Shown here: in pieces, positions 39,085 through 56,409 of the stretch
Position numbering within the stretch: the stretch's first letter is position 1
How the letters are laid out: the number at the start of each line of letters is the position of its first letter
From: Eledone cirrhosa
Taxonomy: Eukaryota
Reading direction: 5' to 3'
Assembly (NCBI GenBank): GCA_964016885.1
Contig: OZ024765.1
Coordinates: 20,150,001-20,214,000, forward strand
DNA length: 64,000 bases
The notes under the pieces: generated by a model
Told to the model about the DNA's origin: nothing
The model's input: only the letters and a program-made list of their open reading frames with translations
Databases searched by the model: none
Position numbers and translations under genes: made by a program

Positions 39085-40670
39085 ATATAAATGAAAGTAT
39101 AGAGATTATTGTGAGCAAGAAGCCAACAGTATTTCATAATATATAAGTGACTATAACGTCAAACCGATCTCAAGCTGTGGCACACCGCCCAGGCCTTGCT
39201 CTTCCTCTCAACCACATCATCTTCCGTATTCCCAATCTTTGCTCCCAAATACAGGAAGTCCTCAACCAATTCCAGCAGCTTCCCGCCTAAATTAGTGATC
39301 CCCTCTGGCTTCTCAACATTCTCTACCAGATATTTTGTTTTAGTCTCATTCATTCTCAGCCCCACACTCATCGACACAGTCAGTGCCACAGCTTGAGATC
39401 GGTGTGGAAGTCGGACCTTCGTAGAGACCTGAAAATCTGCCTCTTCATTGCTGTAGTGGAGTCTGTGCTGCTGTATGGGTCTGAGACTTGGACACTGACC
39501 AAGAAACTCACTCAGATGGTGGATGGGTGCTACACGAGAATGCTGAGGATGGCTCTGAACATTAATCAGTGTACACTGAGGATGAAAAACTCAGAGCTGT
39601 ATGGGAGCATCCCAAAAGTCAGCTCAAAAGTGACACAGAGGAGACTGAGGTTGGCTGGACATGCTCACCGACATCCAGAGTTGACATTGCACTCAGTGCT
39701 CCTTTGGGAGCCCCTACATGGACACACTGGAAGAGGAATACCAAGGTTAACGTATGTTGATGCCCTAAGGACAGACACTGGTCTGTTGGAGATGCAGGAT
39801 ATGGCAGCGATAATGAGGGACAGAGACCGCTGGAGAGAACTCGTCCATGGATCTCGGGAATTTTACCCGCCTTAGATAGATAGATAGATACGTCAAAATG
39901 GAAAATAATTAACGTAAGATGTGGGAAAATAATTCAAACTCAATTAAAAAAAAATCAAGACATAGATTTATCCATAGAATTTTATGAAATCCAGGGAAAA
40001 ACCAATAGAGCCTTAACTCATGATAAAATAAAGTTTAAATACTCATCCTTCAATTTGGAAAAACTTCAAATGCTCTATATAGTCTTAAAAAGACCATTTC
40101 AGGAAACTTTCAGTGGAGATGGTCACGGTTGGAACCGTTCATCAGTAGAGCTCAACACGATAACCCTAAATTCTCTGCCAGAAATATGCCAAAAAGGGAA
40201 TTTAAAAGCAGGCTAGTTCAACTCATGTGTAAATATGAAAATAAACGTACATGGAGGGAAAGGGCTGGTGACGTCAGAGTGAGACGAATGTCTGTTTACA
40301 GGAAACAGCAGTCAAAAAAAATTCCGAAAAACACTCTACAAGTGTAAGGAGTTCAGCAAAATAGCAATATTATCGCGTTTTTTTTTCAAAATAGACCGGG
40401 ATTAGTCACAAATAATTTTAAGCACTCTAGGAAAAAATTCCGAGTATAAATATAAATGAAAGTATAGAAATTATTGTGAGCGTGAAGCCAACAGTATTTC
40501 ATAATATATAAGTGACTATAACGTCAAAATGGAAAATAATTAACGTAAGATGTGGGAAAATAATTCAAACTCAATTAAAAAAAAATCAAGACAGATTTAT
40601 CCATAGGATTTTATGAAATCCAGGGAAAATATCAATAGAGCCTTAACTCTGAATAAAATAAAGTTTAAAT
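39085..40670. repeat. About 225-bp direct repeats flanking about 400 bp; left copy interrupted by the 5'-inverted LINE
   Basis: tataaatgaaagtatag...ataaagtttaaata at 39085-40040 (split) and 40450-40671. Confidence 0.85.
39164..39889 (+). mobile_element. 5'-inverted, truncated RTE/RTE-X type LINE with (TAGA)n tail and 8-bp TSD acgtcaaa
   Basis: 39164-39392 encodes RT (GLRMNETKTK, FLYLG) on minus; 39393-39875 continues on plus (LLYGSETWT, RRLRLAGH); TSD at 39156-39163 and 39890-39897. Confidence 0.9.
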
Positions 40671-40819
40671 AGTGTGTGTCCGTGTGCGTGTGTATATATA
40701 CTACTGTACGTCTGTATACATATATGTATGTACGTATACAGACACAGAAGATCCCATTAAGGGTGAAAGCAGCGATTCTTTGCTTAAACTTTAATCTGTT
40801 ATTTTAATATAAATATGAT

Positions 40820-41208
40820 GGAGGCACATGGCTTAGTGGTTAGAGCATTGGCCTTGCAATCGAAAAGTTGTGAGTTCAATTCTCAGACTGGGTGATTTGG
40901 TGTTATCCTTGAACAAGACACTTTATTTCACATTGCTCCAGTTTACTCAGTTGCAAAGTGGTCGTGGAGGCGCCATGGAAAAAAAGCACCCAGCACTCAC
41001 TGTAAAGTGGACGTGTAGGTGCCACGGCAAAAAAGCACCCAGCACTCACTGTAAAGTGGACGTGTAGGTGCCACGGCAAAAAAGCACCCAGCACTCACTG
41101 TAAATGAAGTTGGTGTTAGTAAGGGCATCCAGCTGTAGAAATCAAGCCAGAATCAGTTCCTGTCCCACCCTTGCAAGCAGGGAAAAGAGGACGTATGATG
41201 ATGATGAT
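40820..41208 (+). mobile_element. tRNA-derived SINE variant with internal deletion and three tail-module repeats
   Basis: Same head; cacccagcactcactgtaaa module repeated 3x. Confidence 0.9.
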
Positions 41209-41209
41209 A

Positions 41210-41468
41210 TATATAATTACAGATTCGTGTCGAATGCCTTTTTACTTAACCCTATCATCTTGGCTTTCGTGGGTTGAACATTTTACTCTCAGGCACCCAA
41301 TTAAGTTAAACCCCTGGTAATCTACGACAAATTTTTTTTATAAGCACAAAATGTAGACACCATCCCGAGGCCGAGGTATTCCATACTTCTCTGTACTGTT
41401 TCAGAAAGGAGGGATAAACATGCCAATCTATGTTTAGAATCCCGTGCAACGCCGGGCCATTCTGCTAG
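41210..41468 (+). mobile_element. Helitron 3' fragment
   Basis: cccgtgcaacgccggg hairpin followed by ctgCTAG|T, like the end of 13097-13963; 5' boundary uncertain. Confidence 0.62.
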
Positions 41469-41734
41469 TATAATATATAACTATAAATATCTGTATATAT
41501 ATCATCATCGTCATCATCATCATCTAATGTCCATCTTGCACACTAGCATGGGTTAGATCGTTTTGTTCCATTTGATGCGAGAATGGTCGGGAGACCGTGT
41601 CTCACTCGCACGGAAGTTTCTCTGGCTGGTTTTTTTTACAGCTGGATGCCCTTCCTAACACCAACCATATTTACAGTGTGGACTGGGAGCCTTTTCACCG
41701 GGTCTCCTACACTACCACCTTACAGTGTGGACTG

Positions 41735-42244
41735 TTGTGTCACCTCACTTCTTCCCTGAGGGCCTCAAGCTGAACACCAATGGCTACATCCACGTTCTGA
41801 TCGACCAGGTAGCTACAGGTAAGCCGTACCTGTGGCAGCAAGACTCAGCGCCCTGCCATACCAGCCGAAAGACACAAGCCTGGCTGTCAGAGAACTTCTG
41901 GCCTTCCAGCTCGCCTGACTGCAACCCCCTCGACTTCTTTGTGTGGGGCGCAGTGGAATGAGACACCAATATATCTAGCTGCAATACGAAAGACGATCAG
42001 AAGGCCAGGTTCACAAGTGCCTTTAGGGGCCTAAGTCGGGGGACAGTGACGAAGGCGTGTAGCCGGTTCCGAGGCTGCCTTGAGGCCATCATCAAAGCCA
42101 ATGGCGGGTTGATCGAGTGAGATTGAAAGAACAAGTCATGAAGACAAACTGACCCAAGTTTGATAAATATATCTTAAAAAATAAAACTACTGTCTTATTT
42201 TTTCCTAGACAGTAATCTTGCGAACAAATATCGTCCGCACCCTG
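41735..42244 (+). mobile_element. DD37D (maT) transposon 3' part with right TIR, internal deletions and stop
   Basis: WQQDSAPCH, SPDCNPLDFFVWG; ends gaacaaatatcgtccgcaccctg|TA. Confidence 0.88.
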
Positions 42245-42275
<31 letters not shown>

Positions 42276-42971
42276 TATATATACACACACACACACATAT
42301 ATATATATATGTGTGTATATATCCTGGGTTCAATCGGGGGTAACCACAGTAAGGTACTCAATACATAGCAGAGTATATACAATAGACAAGGCTTCTACAG
42401 AACTAGATCTGTTTCATTCGAAGGAAATCATCAGGAAAACCCTGATGTAACTTTACAACTAAACTAAGGTCCATAAAACCTGGCCCCCAGAATCTTTTCA
42501 ATGCTCAGGGCCTGTAAAGGTCTTAATCCAGCCCTGGGGTGACCCTTAAATATAAAGGGACACATTTGTATTGAGTGGCTTGGGAATAATTAGCGGAGTA
42601 ATTAGGAGAGGTTTGATTTGTTGTAATAAAGGAATAATTTGATTGTGTTTGGTTTGGTGGCTAATTATGTCTGGGTGGGGGTGATTAATGTAACGTGACC
42701 TACATATAGAGTAGTGGGGTGGGGGTGAGGGGGATTAGAGAGAGTGAGGGGAAATGGGAGGGAGTATGAAGGAGGTTAGGGAGAGAGAGACAGGGACTAG
42801 AGAGCGAGAGGAGTTAAAGAGAGATAGAGAGTGAGGGAGAGAGAGAGAGAGGGGGGAATTAGAAAGAGAGAGAGAAGGAGTTATATAAATATATATATAT
42901 ATATATATCATTCATTTTGTGCTCAAATATATATATATATATATACACACACATAAATATGTGTGTGCATG

Positions 42972-45040
42972 TGTAAAGAGGTCATGTAGGTGTCACAACA
43001 AACAACACCCATCCACACTGTAAAGAGGTCATGTAGGTGTCACAACAAAAACACCCATTCCACACTGTAAAGTGGTCATGTAGGTGTCACAACAAACAAC
43101 ACCCAGTGCACACTGTAAAGTGGTCATGTAGGTGTCACAACAAACAACACCCAGTCCACACTGTAAAGTGGTCATGTAGGTGTCACAACAAACAACACCC
43201 AGTCCACACTGTAAAGTGGTCATGTAGGTGTCACAACAAACAACACCCAGTTCACACTGTAAAGTGGTCATGTAGGTGTCACAACAAACAACACCCATCC
43301 ACACTGTAAAGAGGTCATGTAGGTGTCACAACAAACAACACCCAGTGCACACTGTAAAGTGGTCATGTAGGTGTCATGAAAAAAGTACCCAGTCCACTCT
43401 GTAAAGTGGTCATGTAGGTGTCACAACAAAAAACACCCATTCCACACTGTAAAGTGGTCATGTAGGTGTCACAACAAACAACACCCAGTGCACACTGTAA
43501 AGTGGTCATGTAGGTGTCACAACAAACAACACCCAGTCCACATTGTAAAGTGGTCATGTAGGTGTCACAACAAACAACACCCAGTCCACTCTGTAAAGTG
43601 GTCATGTAGGTGTCACAACAAACAACACCCAGTCCACACTGTAAAGTGGTCATGTAGGTGTCACAACAAACAACACCCATTCCACATTGTAAAGTGGTCA
43701 TGTAGGTGTCACAACAAACAACACCCAGTGCACACTGTAAAGTGGTCATGTAGGTGTCACAACAAACAACACCCAGTCCACACTGTAAAGAGGTCATGTA
43801 GGTGTCACAATAAGCAACACCCAGTCCACACTGTAAAGTGGTCATGTAGGCGTCACAACAAACAACACCCAGTCCACACTGTAAAGTGGTCATGTAGGTG
43901 TCACAACAAAAAACACCCAGTCCACACTGTAAAGTGGTCATGTAGGTGTCACAACAAACAACACCCAGTCCACACTGTAAAGTGGTCATGTAGGTGTCAC
44001 AACAAAAAACACCCATTCCACACTGTAAAGAGGTCATGTAGGTGTCACAACAAAAAATACCCATTCCACACTGTAAAGTGGTCATGTAGGTGTCACAACA
44101 AACAACACCCATCCACACTGTAAAGAGGTCATGTAGGTGTCACAACAAAAAACACCCAGTCCACACTGTAAAGTGGTCATGTAGGTGTCACAACAAAAAA
44201 TACCCATTCCACACTGTAAAGTGGTCATGTAGGTGTCACAACAAAAAACACCCATTCCACACTGTAAAGTGGTCATGTAGGTGTCACAACAAACAACACC
44301 CAGTGCACACTGTAAAGTGGTCATGTAGGTGTCACAACAAACAACACCCATCCACACTGTAAAGAGGTCATGTAGGTGTCACAACAAAAAACACCCATTC
44401 CACACTGTAAAGTGGTCATGTAGGTGTCACAACAAACAACACCCAGTGCACACTGTAAAGTGGTCATGTAGGTGTCACAACAAACAACACCCAGTCCACA
44501 CTGTAAAGTGGTCATGTAGGTGTCACAACAAACAACACCCAGTCCACACTGTAAAGTGGTCATGTAGATGTCACAACAAACAACACCCAGTCCACACTGT
44601 AAAGTGGTCATGTAGGTGTCACAACAAACAGCACCCAGTCCACACTGTAAAGTGGTCATGTAGGTGTCACAACAAACAACACCCAGTCCACACTGTAAAG
44701 TGGTCATGTAGGTGTCACAACAAACAGCACCCAGTCCACACTTTAAAGTGGTCATGTAGGTGTCACAACAAACAACACCCAGTCCACACTGTAAAGAGGT
44801 CATGTAGGTGTCATGACAAACAGCACCCAGTCCACACTGTAAAGTGGTCATGTAGGTGTCACAACAAACAGCACCCAGTCCACACTGTAAAGTGGTCATG
44901 TAGGTGTCACAACAAACAGCACCCAGTCCACACTGTAAAGTGGTCATGTAGGTGTCACAACAAACAGCACCCAGTCCACACTGTAAAGTGGTCATGTAGG
45001 TGTCATGACAAAAAGCACCCAGTCCACTCTGTAAAGTGGT
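42972..45040 (+). repeat. 40-bp minisatellite, about 52 copies, ending in an RTE-type tail (45030-45200)
   Basis: gtggtcatgtaggtgtcacaacaaacaacacccagtccacactgtaaa-type array running directly into ggttggtgttagga...(GAT)n; exact period should be confirmed computationally. Confidence 0.9.
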
Positions 45041-46064
45041 TGGTGTTAGGAAAAGCATCCAGAGTTAGGAACCAAGCCATAATCAATTCTATATGAGCAA
45101 GATTTAGTCATCTGATCTAACTTGTCCCACAAAAGGACAACTCGTCCGACCCATGCTAGTGTAGAAAATTGGACGTTAAACAGTGATGATGATGATGATC
45201 ATCATATATATATATATATATATATATATCAGATAGGGTGTGGTAAGATACCAGGTGGACCATAACCCTCCAGAGTACTCAATACTTGTGGTAGTAGAGT
45301 GGGTAATTGGGTAATATGAAAAGAGTCAGGACCCCGATGCCTGAGCTTCAGCCGTTTTGACAGCTTGATCTTAACTAGAAAGTTTAGTTTGCATCTAGCC
45401 GTCAAAATGGTCAAAGCTCAGCCATTGGGGTCCTGACTCTTTTCATATATATATATATATGTTGGTCCCACAACATCCAGGCCGAAACAAATGAGATCGT
45501 GTAGGTGTCATGATAAAAAAACACACAGTCCACGCTGTAAATGTGGCCGTGTAGGCAACACGGTAAAAACCTCCCAGCCCCACACTGTAAATGTGGTTGG
45601 TGTTAGGAAGGGCATCCAACTGTAGAAAACCCGCCAGACAGTCCACGCTGTAATGTGGCCGTGTAGGCAACACGGTAAAAACCTCCCAGCCCCACACTGT
45701 AAATGTGGTTGGTGTTAGGAAGGGCATCCAGCCGTAGAAAACCCGCCAGACAGTCCACGCTGTAATGTGGCCGTGTAGGCAACACGGTAAAAACCTCCCA
45801 GTCCCACACTGTAAATGTGGTTGGTGTTAGGAAGGGCATCCAGCTGTAGAAAACACGCCAGACAGTCCACGCTGTAATGTGGCCGTGTAGGCAACACGGT
45901 AAAAACCTCCCAGCCCCACACTGTAAATGTGGTTGGTGTTAGGAAGGGCATCCAACTGTAGAAAACCCGCCAGACAGTCCTATGCGAGCAAGACAACCAC
46001 TCTTGCCTCAAGTGGGAAAACCCCCGTCCAAACCCATGCAAGCGTGGAACACGGACGCTAAACC

Positions 46065-46095
<31 letters not shown>

Positions 46096-46656
46096 ATATG
46101 TCCAACCCTTGCAAGCAGGAAAAAGCGGACGTAAAATGATGATATCACTTTCTCCTGTCTATGTTAGAGGCAGCTCGATTATACCAGCTCTGAGTCGTAG
46201 CTGACCCCCAGGCTAAAGTCTCCCATGTTGGCCACAACTTACTTTCCCTATTTTTCCACAGTTACTCTTTTGCATGTTTCTTTCACCTGTGTCTTCCCAC
46301 GATGGGATCTCTACACTTTTTTTTCTTCCATTCCGTTCCTATTTTTCCCCTTCTTCCTCTCTCCTCATATCCCCCCCCCCCCGTTCTTCCTCCTTTCCCT
46401 CTCTTTCCTTTTCTCTCTCCTTTTTTTCTCTCTCCATTTCCACCTGGCCTTTTGATTAATAAAAGGCCTCGGGCGCACCTGAACTCCACCAATGTCCTGT
46501 AATTCAGCGCCGAAGCATCGGTTCGGGATACATTTACAGCTGAAGATGGAAACTCCTTTCTTCCTTTCTCCTCCTGTTCCGTCCTAACCACCATCTTAAA
46601 CCTTGTTTTTAGTAACCACACAGCTCCTTTCGTTTCATAACTTTATATATATATAT

Positions 46657-46998
46657 GGAGGCACATGGCTTAGTGGTTAGAGCATTGGCCTTACAATCGA
46701 AAGGTTGTGAGTTCAATTCTCAGACCGGGTGATGTGTTGTTTCCTTGAGCAAGACACTTTATTTCCCATTGCTCCAGTTTACTCAGCTGTAGAAATGGGA
46801 TGATAGGGACTGGGGTCCCTATCATTCCACTGCAAAGTGGACGTGGAGGGGCCATGGCAAAAAAGCACCCAGCACTCACTGTAAACGAGGTTGGTGTTAG
46901 GAAGGGCATCCATCTGTAGAAATCAAGCCAGAATCAGTTCCCGTCCCACCCTTACAAGCATGGAAAAGCGGACGTAAAATGATGATGATGATGATGAT
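46657..46998 (+). mobile_element. tRNA-derived SINE copy
   Basis: Matches 560-913. Confidence 0.92.
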
Positions 46999-47249
46999 AT
47001 CAAATGAAGTAATGGAGTCAGAAACTCACATTAGTCCCTGTAATTTATGAGCTCAAAGGAAAAAGAATCCTGGGCTCTTCAAATATAATATAGAGAGGAA
47101 AACACCTGTAACTTGATAAACACACTCTCTCTTGTGTCTTCTTCTCTAACTTTGCTTTTCATCCTGACGGGGTCGATAAAATAAAGTACCAGTAATACAC
47201 TGAAATAATTGCTGGCCTTGTGCCAAAAGTAGAAACAATTATATATATA

Positions 47250-48240
47250 TCATCATCATCATCATCATCATCATCGTTTAACGTCCATTTTCCACACTAG
47301 CATGGGTCTGGACGGGAATTTTCCCACTTGAGGCAAGAGTGGTTGTCTTGCTCGTATAGGACTGTCTGGTGGGTTTTCTACAGCTGGATGCCCTTCCTAA
47401 CACCAACCACATTTACAGTGTGGACTGGGAGGTTTTTACCGTGTTACCTACAGGACCACATTACAGCGTGGACTGTGTGTTTTTTTGTCGTGACACCTAC
47501 ACGTCTGGCGGGTTTTCTACGGCTGGGTGCCCTTCCCAACACCAACCACGTTTACAGTATGGACTGGGAGGCTTTTACCGTGTTACCTACACAGCCACAT
47601 TACAGTGTGGACTGTGTGTTTTTTTGTCGTGACACCTACACGACCTCATTTATTTAGGACTGGATGTTGTGGTACCAACATAGCTTTACATCGAAAGGGG
47701 TGGTGTAGATGGTGGTGGGGGTAGGGTTAGTGGGACGGGGGTGTATTTTGGTTAAGAGGTGCCTACTGACTGTAGGTTTCCCTTTGTACTTAGGCAAGGC
47801 GGGTCTTCTGTATTACTACGTAGTGCCAAAGATCTCAGTCCATTGACATTGTCTTAGAGAGGTGTAAGTGTGTGAGGTCGGATTTTATCAAGTCGTCCCA
47901 GGTTTTTCTTGGTCTGCCTACTCCGTGGCTACCGTCTATTTTGATCGCCCTGCACTTTTTTATACAGCTGTCGTCTTTCATGCGCATCACATGACCATAC
48001 CAACGTAGCCTTCTCTTGAGTAAACAACATCTGATCCCTCTTATTCCTAATTTCTCACTTAGTTCATTTATGATTTGCCGTTCGTGTATATTACTATTAC
48101 ACATCCAACGGAGCATGCAAGCTTCGTTCCTCTCCAGTCTGTGCAGGTCCTCTGCACACAAAGCCCAGGTCTCACTGCCATGTAACATTGCTGTTCGTAT
48201 GCAGGCATCATACAGCCTGCCTTTTATTTTTAGAGAGAAA
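47250..48240 (-). mobile_element. 5'-truncated RTE LINE with complete 3'UTR and (ATG)n tail
   Basis: ORF remnant GRLYDACIRTAMLHGSETW...; UTR shared with other copies. Confidence 0.9.
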
Positions 48241-48249
48241 TATATATAT

Positions 48250-48600
48250 GGAGGCACATGGCTTAGTAGTTAGAGCATTGGCCTTGCAATCGAAAGGTTG
48301 TGAGTTCAATTCTCAGACCGGGTGATGTGTTGTTTCTTTGAGCAAGACACTTTATTTCACATTGCTCCAGTTTACTCAGCTGTAGAAATGAGATGATAGG
48401 GACTGGAGTCCCTATCATTCCACTGCAAAGTGGTCGTGGAGGTGCCACGGCAAAAAAAGCACCCAGCACTCACTGTAAATGAGGTTGGTGTTAGGAAGGG
48501 CATCCAGCTGTAGAAATCAGGCCAGAATCAGTTCCCGTCCCACCCTTGCAAGCAGGGAAAAAGCGGACGTAAAATGAAATGATGATGAAATGATGATGAT
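48250..48600 (+). mobile_element. tRNA-derived SINE copy
   Basis: Matches 560-913. Confidence 0.92.
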
Positions 48601-49084
48601 ATATATATATAAAGTGTACACAAACTCATCTATACTGTTCACTACAACAGGCAATGCTAACATTTCCCTTTCGTCTTGTAATTTCTAGTCCAAATTTCTT
48701 TATTTAATTTCTAGATGGTGATTTATTCCCCTACCATTGTCAGGGATTGTATCAGGGGTCTTGTTTGGAAACTTCGAGAATTTTAACCGAATGCCATAAA
48801 ACACTTTTAAGTAAGCCAGAGACCGTAGCACAGCCGATATGTTGTGACTATAATTAACTAAGACAGAGGTTCTCAAAGTGGACTTACCCCCCACCCTGGG
48901 GGACGTTGAGAGGATCCAGGGAGCGCTGGGTCCTAAGTGGCCAGTGGGAGGTGGTAGGGATGATTTAATGGCATATTAAATATCAAATAATACATATATA
49001 TATATGAATATAGTAAAATAAAAAAATATATAATATTTATTTATACATAGTATATATTATATTATTTATTATATACAAATTAAC

Positions 49085-49124
<40 letters not shown>

Positions 49125-49615
49125 CAAACACAAGAGCAAACAATACACACTTAACTACAGTACAATGTATCTAATCTTGCTTTTAACAATGACTAAAACG
49201 AGGCATAGTTAAGCAGCTTGTTTTAATTAAACGACCAAGTTTCATTTGTATAACACAAAGACAGACAAACATGCGTCCTTAAGCTAACAGAAGAGGCTAT
49301 AGACATGTATACAGTTATATATATATATATATGTATGTACATATATATATAGACCTATATATGGTGTTATAGATAAACACGCGTGACCATAAGTTAAGAA
49401 AAGAGGCTATAGACATATATACAAAGCTATATATATATACATACATATATATATGGAATTATAGACAAACATATGGTGTAATTGGCATGTATACATACAA
49501 TAATATAGATATATATACACACAGTACTAAAGATATATATACACAGTTATATACATATACACACACAACATATATAATCTAACACAATCATAAGCCTGTA
49601 TACATATATACAAAG

Positions 49616-49659
<44 letters not shown>

Positions 49660-49839
49660 AGCTATAGATATACATACAGCTATATATATATATATATATA
49701 TATATACAACTATAGATATATATACAGTTATAGACATATATATACATAGCTATAGACATATATATATATGTACAGCTATAGACATATATATATATATATA
49801 TAGCTATAGACATATATATATATATATACAGCTCTATAC

Positions 49840-49876
<37 letters not shown>

Positions 49877-49913
49877 CAGCTATAGACATATATATATATA
49901 TACAGCTCTATAC

Positions 49914-49986
<73 letters not shown>

Positions 49987-50181
49987 TATATAGGGACGAG
50001 TAGGACCCCGACAGCTGAGCTCAAGCCGTTTCGACGGCTAATTCTGGTCCAGAATTAGCCGTCGAAACGGCTTGAGCTCAGCTGTCGGGGTCTTACTGGT
50101 TCCTATTACCCACTCTACTACCTCAAGTATTGAGTACTTTGGTGCGTTATGGTCCACCTGGTTCCTTACCACATTCCTTCG

Positions 50182-50221
<40 letters not shown>

Positions 50222-50229
50222 CTCTATAC

Positions 50230-50289
<60 letters not shown>

Positions 50290-50305
50290 CTATAGACATT
50301 ATATG

Positions 50306-50746
50306 CAGGGTGCGGACGATATCTGTTCGCAAGATTACTGTCTAGGAAAAAATAAGACAGTAGTTTTATTTTTTAAGATATATTTATCAAACTTGGGTCA
50401 GTTTGTCTTCATCACTTGCCCTTTCAATCTCACTCGATAAACCTGCCATTGGCTTTGATGACGGCCTCAAGGCAGCCTCGGAACCGGCTACAGGCCTTCG
50501 TCACTGTCCCCCGACTTAGGCCCCTAAAGGCACTTGTGATCCTGGCCTTCAGATCGTCTTTCGTATTGCAGCTAGATCTGTTGGTGTCTCGTTCCACTGC
50601 GCCCCACACAAAGAAGTCGAGGGGGTTGCAGTCAGGCGAGCTGGGAGGCCAGATGTCAGGTGAAGTGTGGTCGACAAAGTTCTCTGACAGCCAGGCTTGG
50701 GTCTTTCGGCTGGTATGGCAGGGCGCTGAGTCTTTATGCCACACGT
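50306..50746 (-). mobile_element. DD37D (maT) transposon 3' part with right TIR
   Basis: DSAPCH...NPLD with exactly 37 residues between second and third Asp; TIR CAGGGTGCGGACGATATCTGTTC. Confidence 0.9.
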
Positions 50747-51651
50747 ATCTTCCACGCTGGCATGGGTTTGGACGGGAGTTTTCCCACTTGAGGCAAGAGT
50801 GGTTGTCTTGCTCGCATAGGACTGTCTGGCGGGTTTTCTACGACTGGATGCCCTTCCTAACACCAACCACGTTTACAGTGTGGACTGGGAGGTTTTTACC
50901 GTGTTGCCTACACGGCCACATTACAGCGTGGACTGTGTGTGTTTTATTGTCGTGACACCTACACGACCTCATTTGTTTCGGACTGGATGTTGTGGTACCA
51001 ACATAACTTTACATTGAAAGGGGTGGTGTGGATGGGGTGGGGGGGGGGGGGGGTGTATTTTTATTAGAGGTGCCTACTGACTGTAGTAGGTTTCACTTTG
51101 TACTTAGGTAAGGTGGGTCTTCTGTATTACTGTGTAGCGCCAAAGATCTCGGTCCAGTGACATTGTCTTGGAGAGGTGTAAGTGTGTGAGGTTGGAATTT
51201 ATCAAGTCATCCCAGATTTTTCTGGGTCTCCCTACTCCGTGGCTACCGTCTATTTTTATTGCCCTGCACTTTTTTATACAGCTGTCGTCTTTCATGCGCA
51301 TCACGTGACCGTACCAACGTAGTCTTCTCTCGAGTAAACAACATCTGATCCCTCTTATTTCTAATTTTTCCCTTAGTTCATTTATGCTTTGCCGTTCACG
51401 TATATTACTGTTACACATCCAGCGGAGCATGCAAGCTTCGTTCCTCTCCAGTCTGCACAGATCCTCTGCACACAATGCCCAGGTCTCACTGCCATGCAAC
51501 ATTGCTGTTCGTATGCAGGCATCGTACAACCTGCCTTTCATTTTTAGGGAGGACCCTTTAGCGGCTAATAGTGGTATAAGCTCTCTGAACTTTTTCCATC
51601 CAGTTCTGACTCTAGCTACTGTACTTTCAGAACACCCCCCACCACTGCTGA
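50747..51651 (-). mobile_element. 5'-truncated RTE LINE fragment
   Basis: ORF remnant [22 protein letters not shown]... to stop, then 3'UTR. Confidence 0.9.
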
Positions 51652-51769
51652 TTATATATATACATATATATATACATATACATATATACATATATACATA
51701 TATACATATATATATATATATTTACATATATAAACATATATACATATATATATACAAATATATACATAC

Positions 51770-51809
<40 letters not shown>

Positions 51810-51812
<3 letters not shown>

Positions 51813-52003
51813 AACAAGTAAGACCCCGATGGCTGAGCTCAAGCCGTTTCGACGGCTAATTCTGGACTGGATTAGCCGTCGAAACGGCTTGAGCTCAGCC
51901 GTCGGGGTCTTACTTGTTCCTATTACCCACTCTACTATCCTAAGTATTGAGTACTTTGGTGCGTTATGGTCCACCTGGTTCCTTACCACATTTCCTTCGT
52001 TAT
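51810..52003 (+). mobile_element. Foldback element family H carrying the 3' half of a hammerhead (copies about 4902-5100 -, 14740-14938 +, 26150-26335 +, 45235-45445 -, 49992-50185 +)
   Basis: Palindrome whose arm reads GAAA-cggct(tgagctc)agccg-TC-ggggtc, followed by conserved tail with gtattgagtac; flanked by (TA)n. Confidence 0.75.
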
Positions 52004-52016
52004 ATATATATATATA

Positions 52017-55780
<3,764 letters not shown>

Positions 55781-56195
55781 CCCTCTCTTTCACTTCCTAG
55801 TACAGCTATAAACAGGATGTGACCCTCATCAAATGGAATTCTTGAAATAAAGGTCAGAGTTCAGTTATTTCCCTCCTGTCACCACCTTAAAGTGTTCCAA
55901 GAAGTCAAATGACCATATTTGGTGTTCAGTTGTACACACACGTACACACACAAACACATACATACACACGCACACACACTGATCTTGTTACTATTACAAA
56001 CTTAAAGTTAAGTTTGAGCTGTTAGTTAACAGTAGAGGATATATATATATATGTATATATATATATGTATGTGTGTATGTATATATGTGTGTGTGTATGT
56101 ATATATGTGTGTATATATAAGTGTGTGTGTACGTGTATGTATATATAAGTGTGTGTATATATATATGTGTGTGTATATATATATGCGTATATATA

Positions 56196-56273
<78 letters not shown>

Positions 56274-56329
56274 TATATGTGTGTGTGTGTGTATATATAT
56301 GTGTGTGTATATATATATGTGTATATATA

Positions 56330-56363
<34 letters not shown>

Positions 56364-56409
56364 AATATATATGTGTGTGTGTGTGTATATATATGAGTGT
56401 ATATATATA

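Noticed and set aside
43029-45096. Cys-rich metallothionein-like repeat ORFs
   Set aside because: Frames of the RTE-3'UTR-derived satellite.
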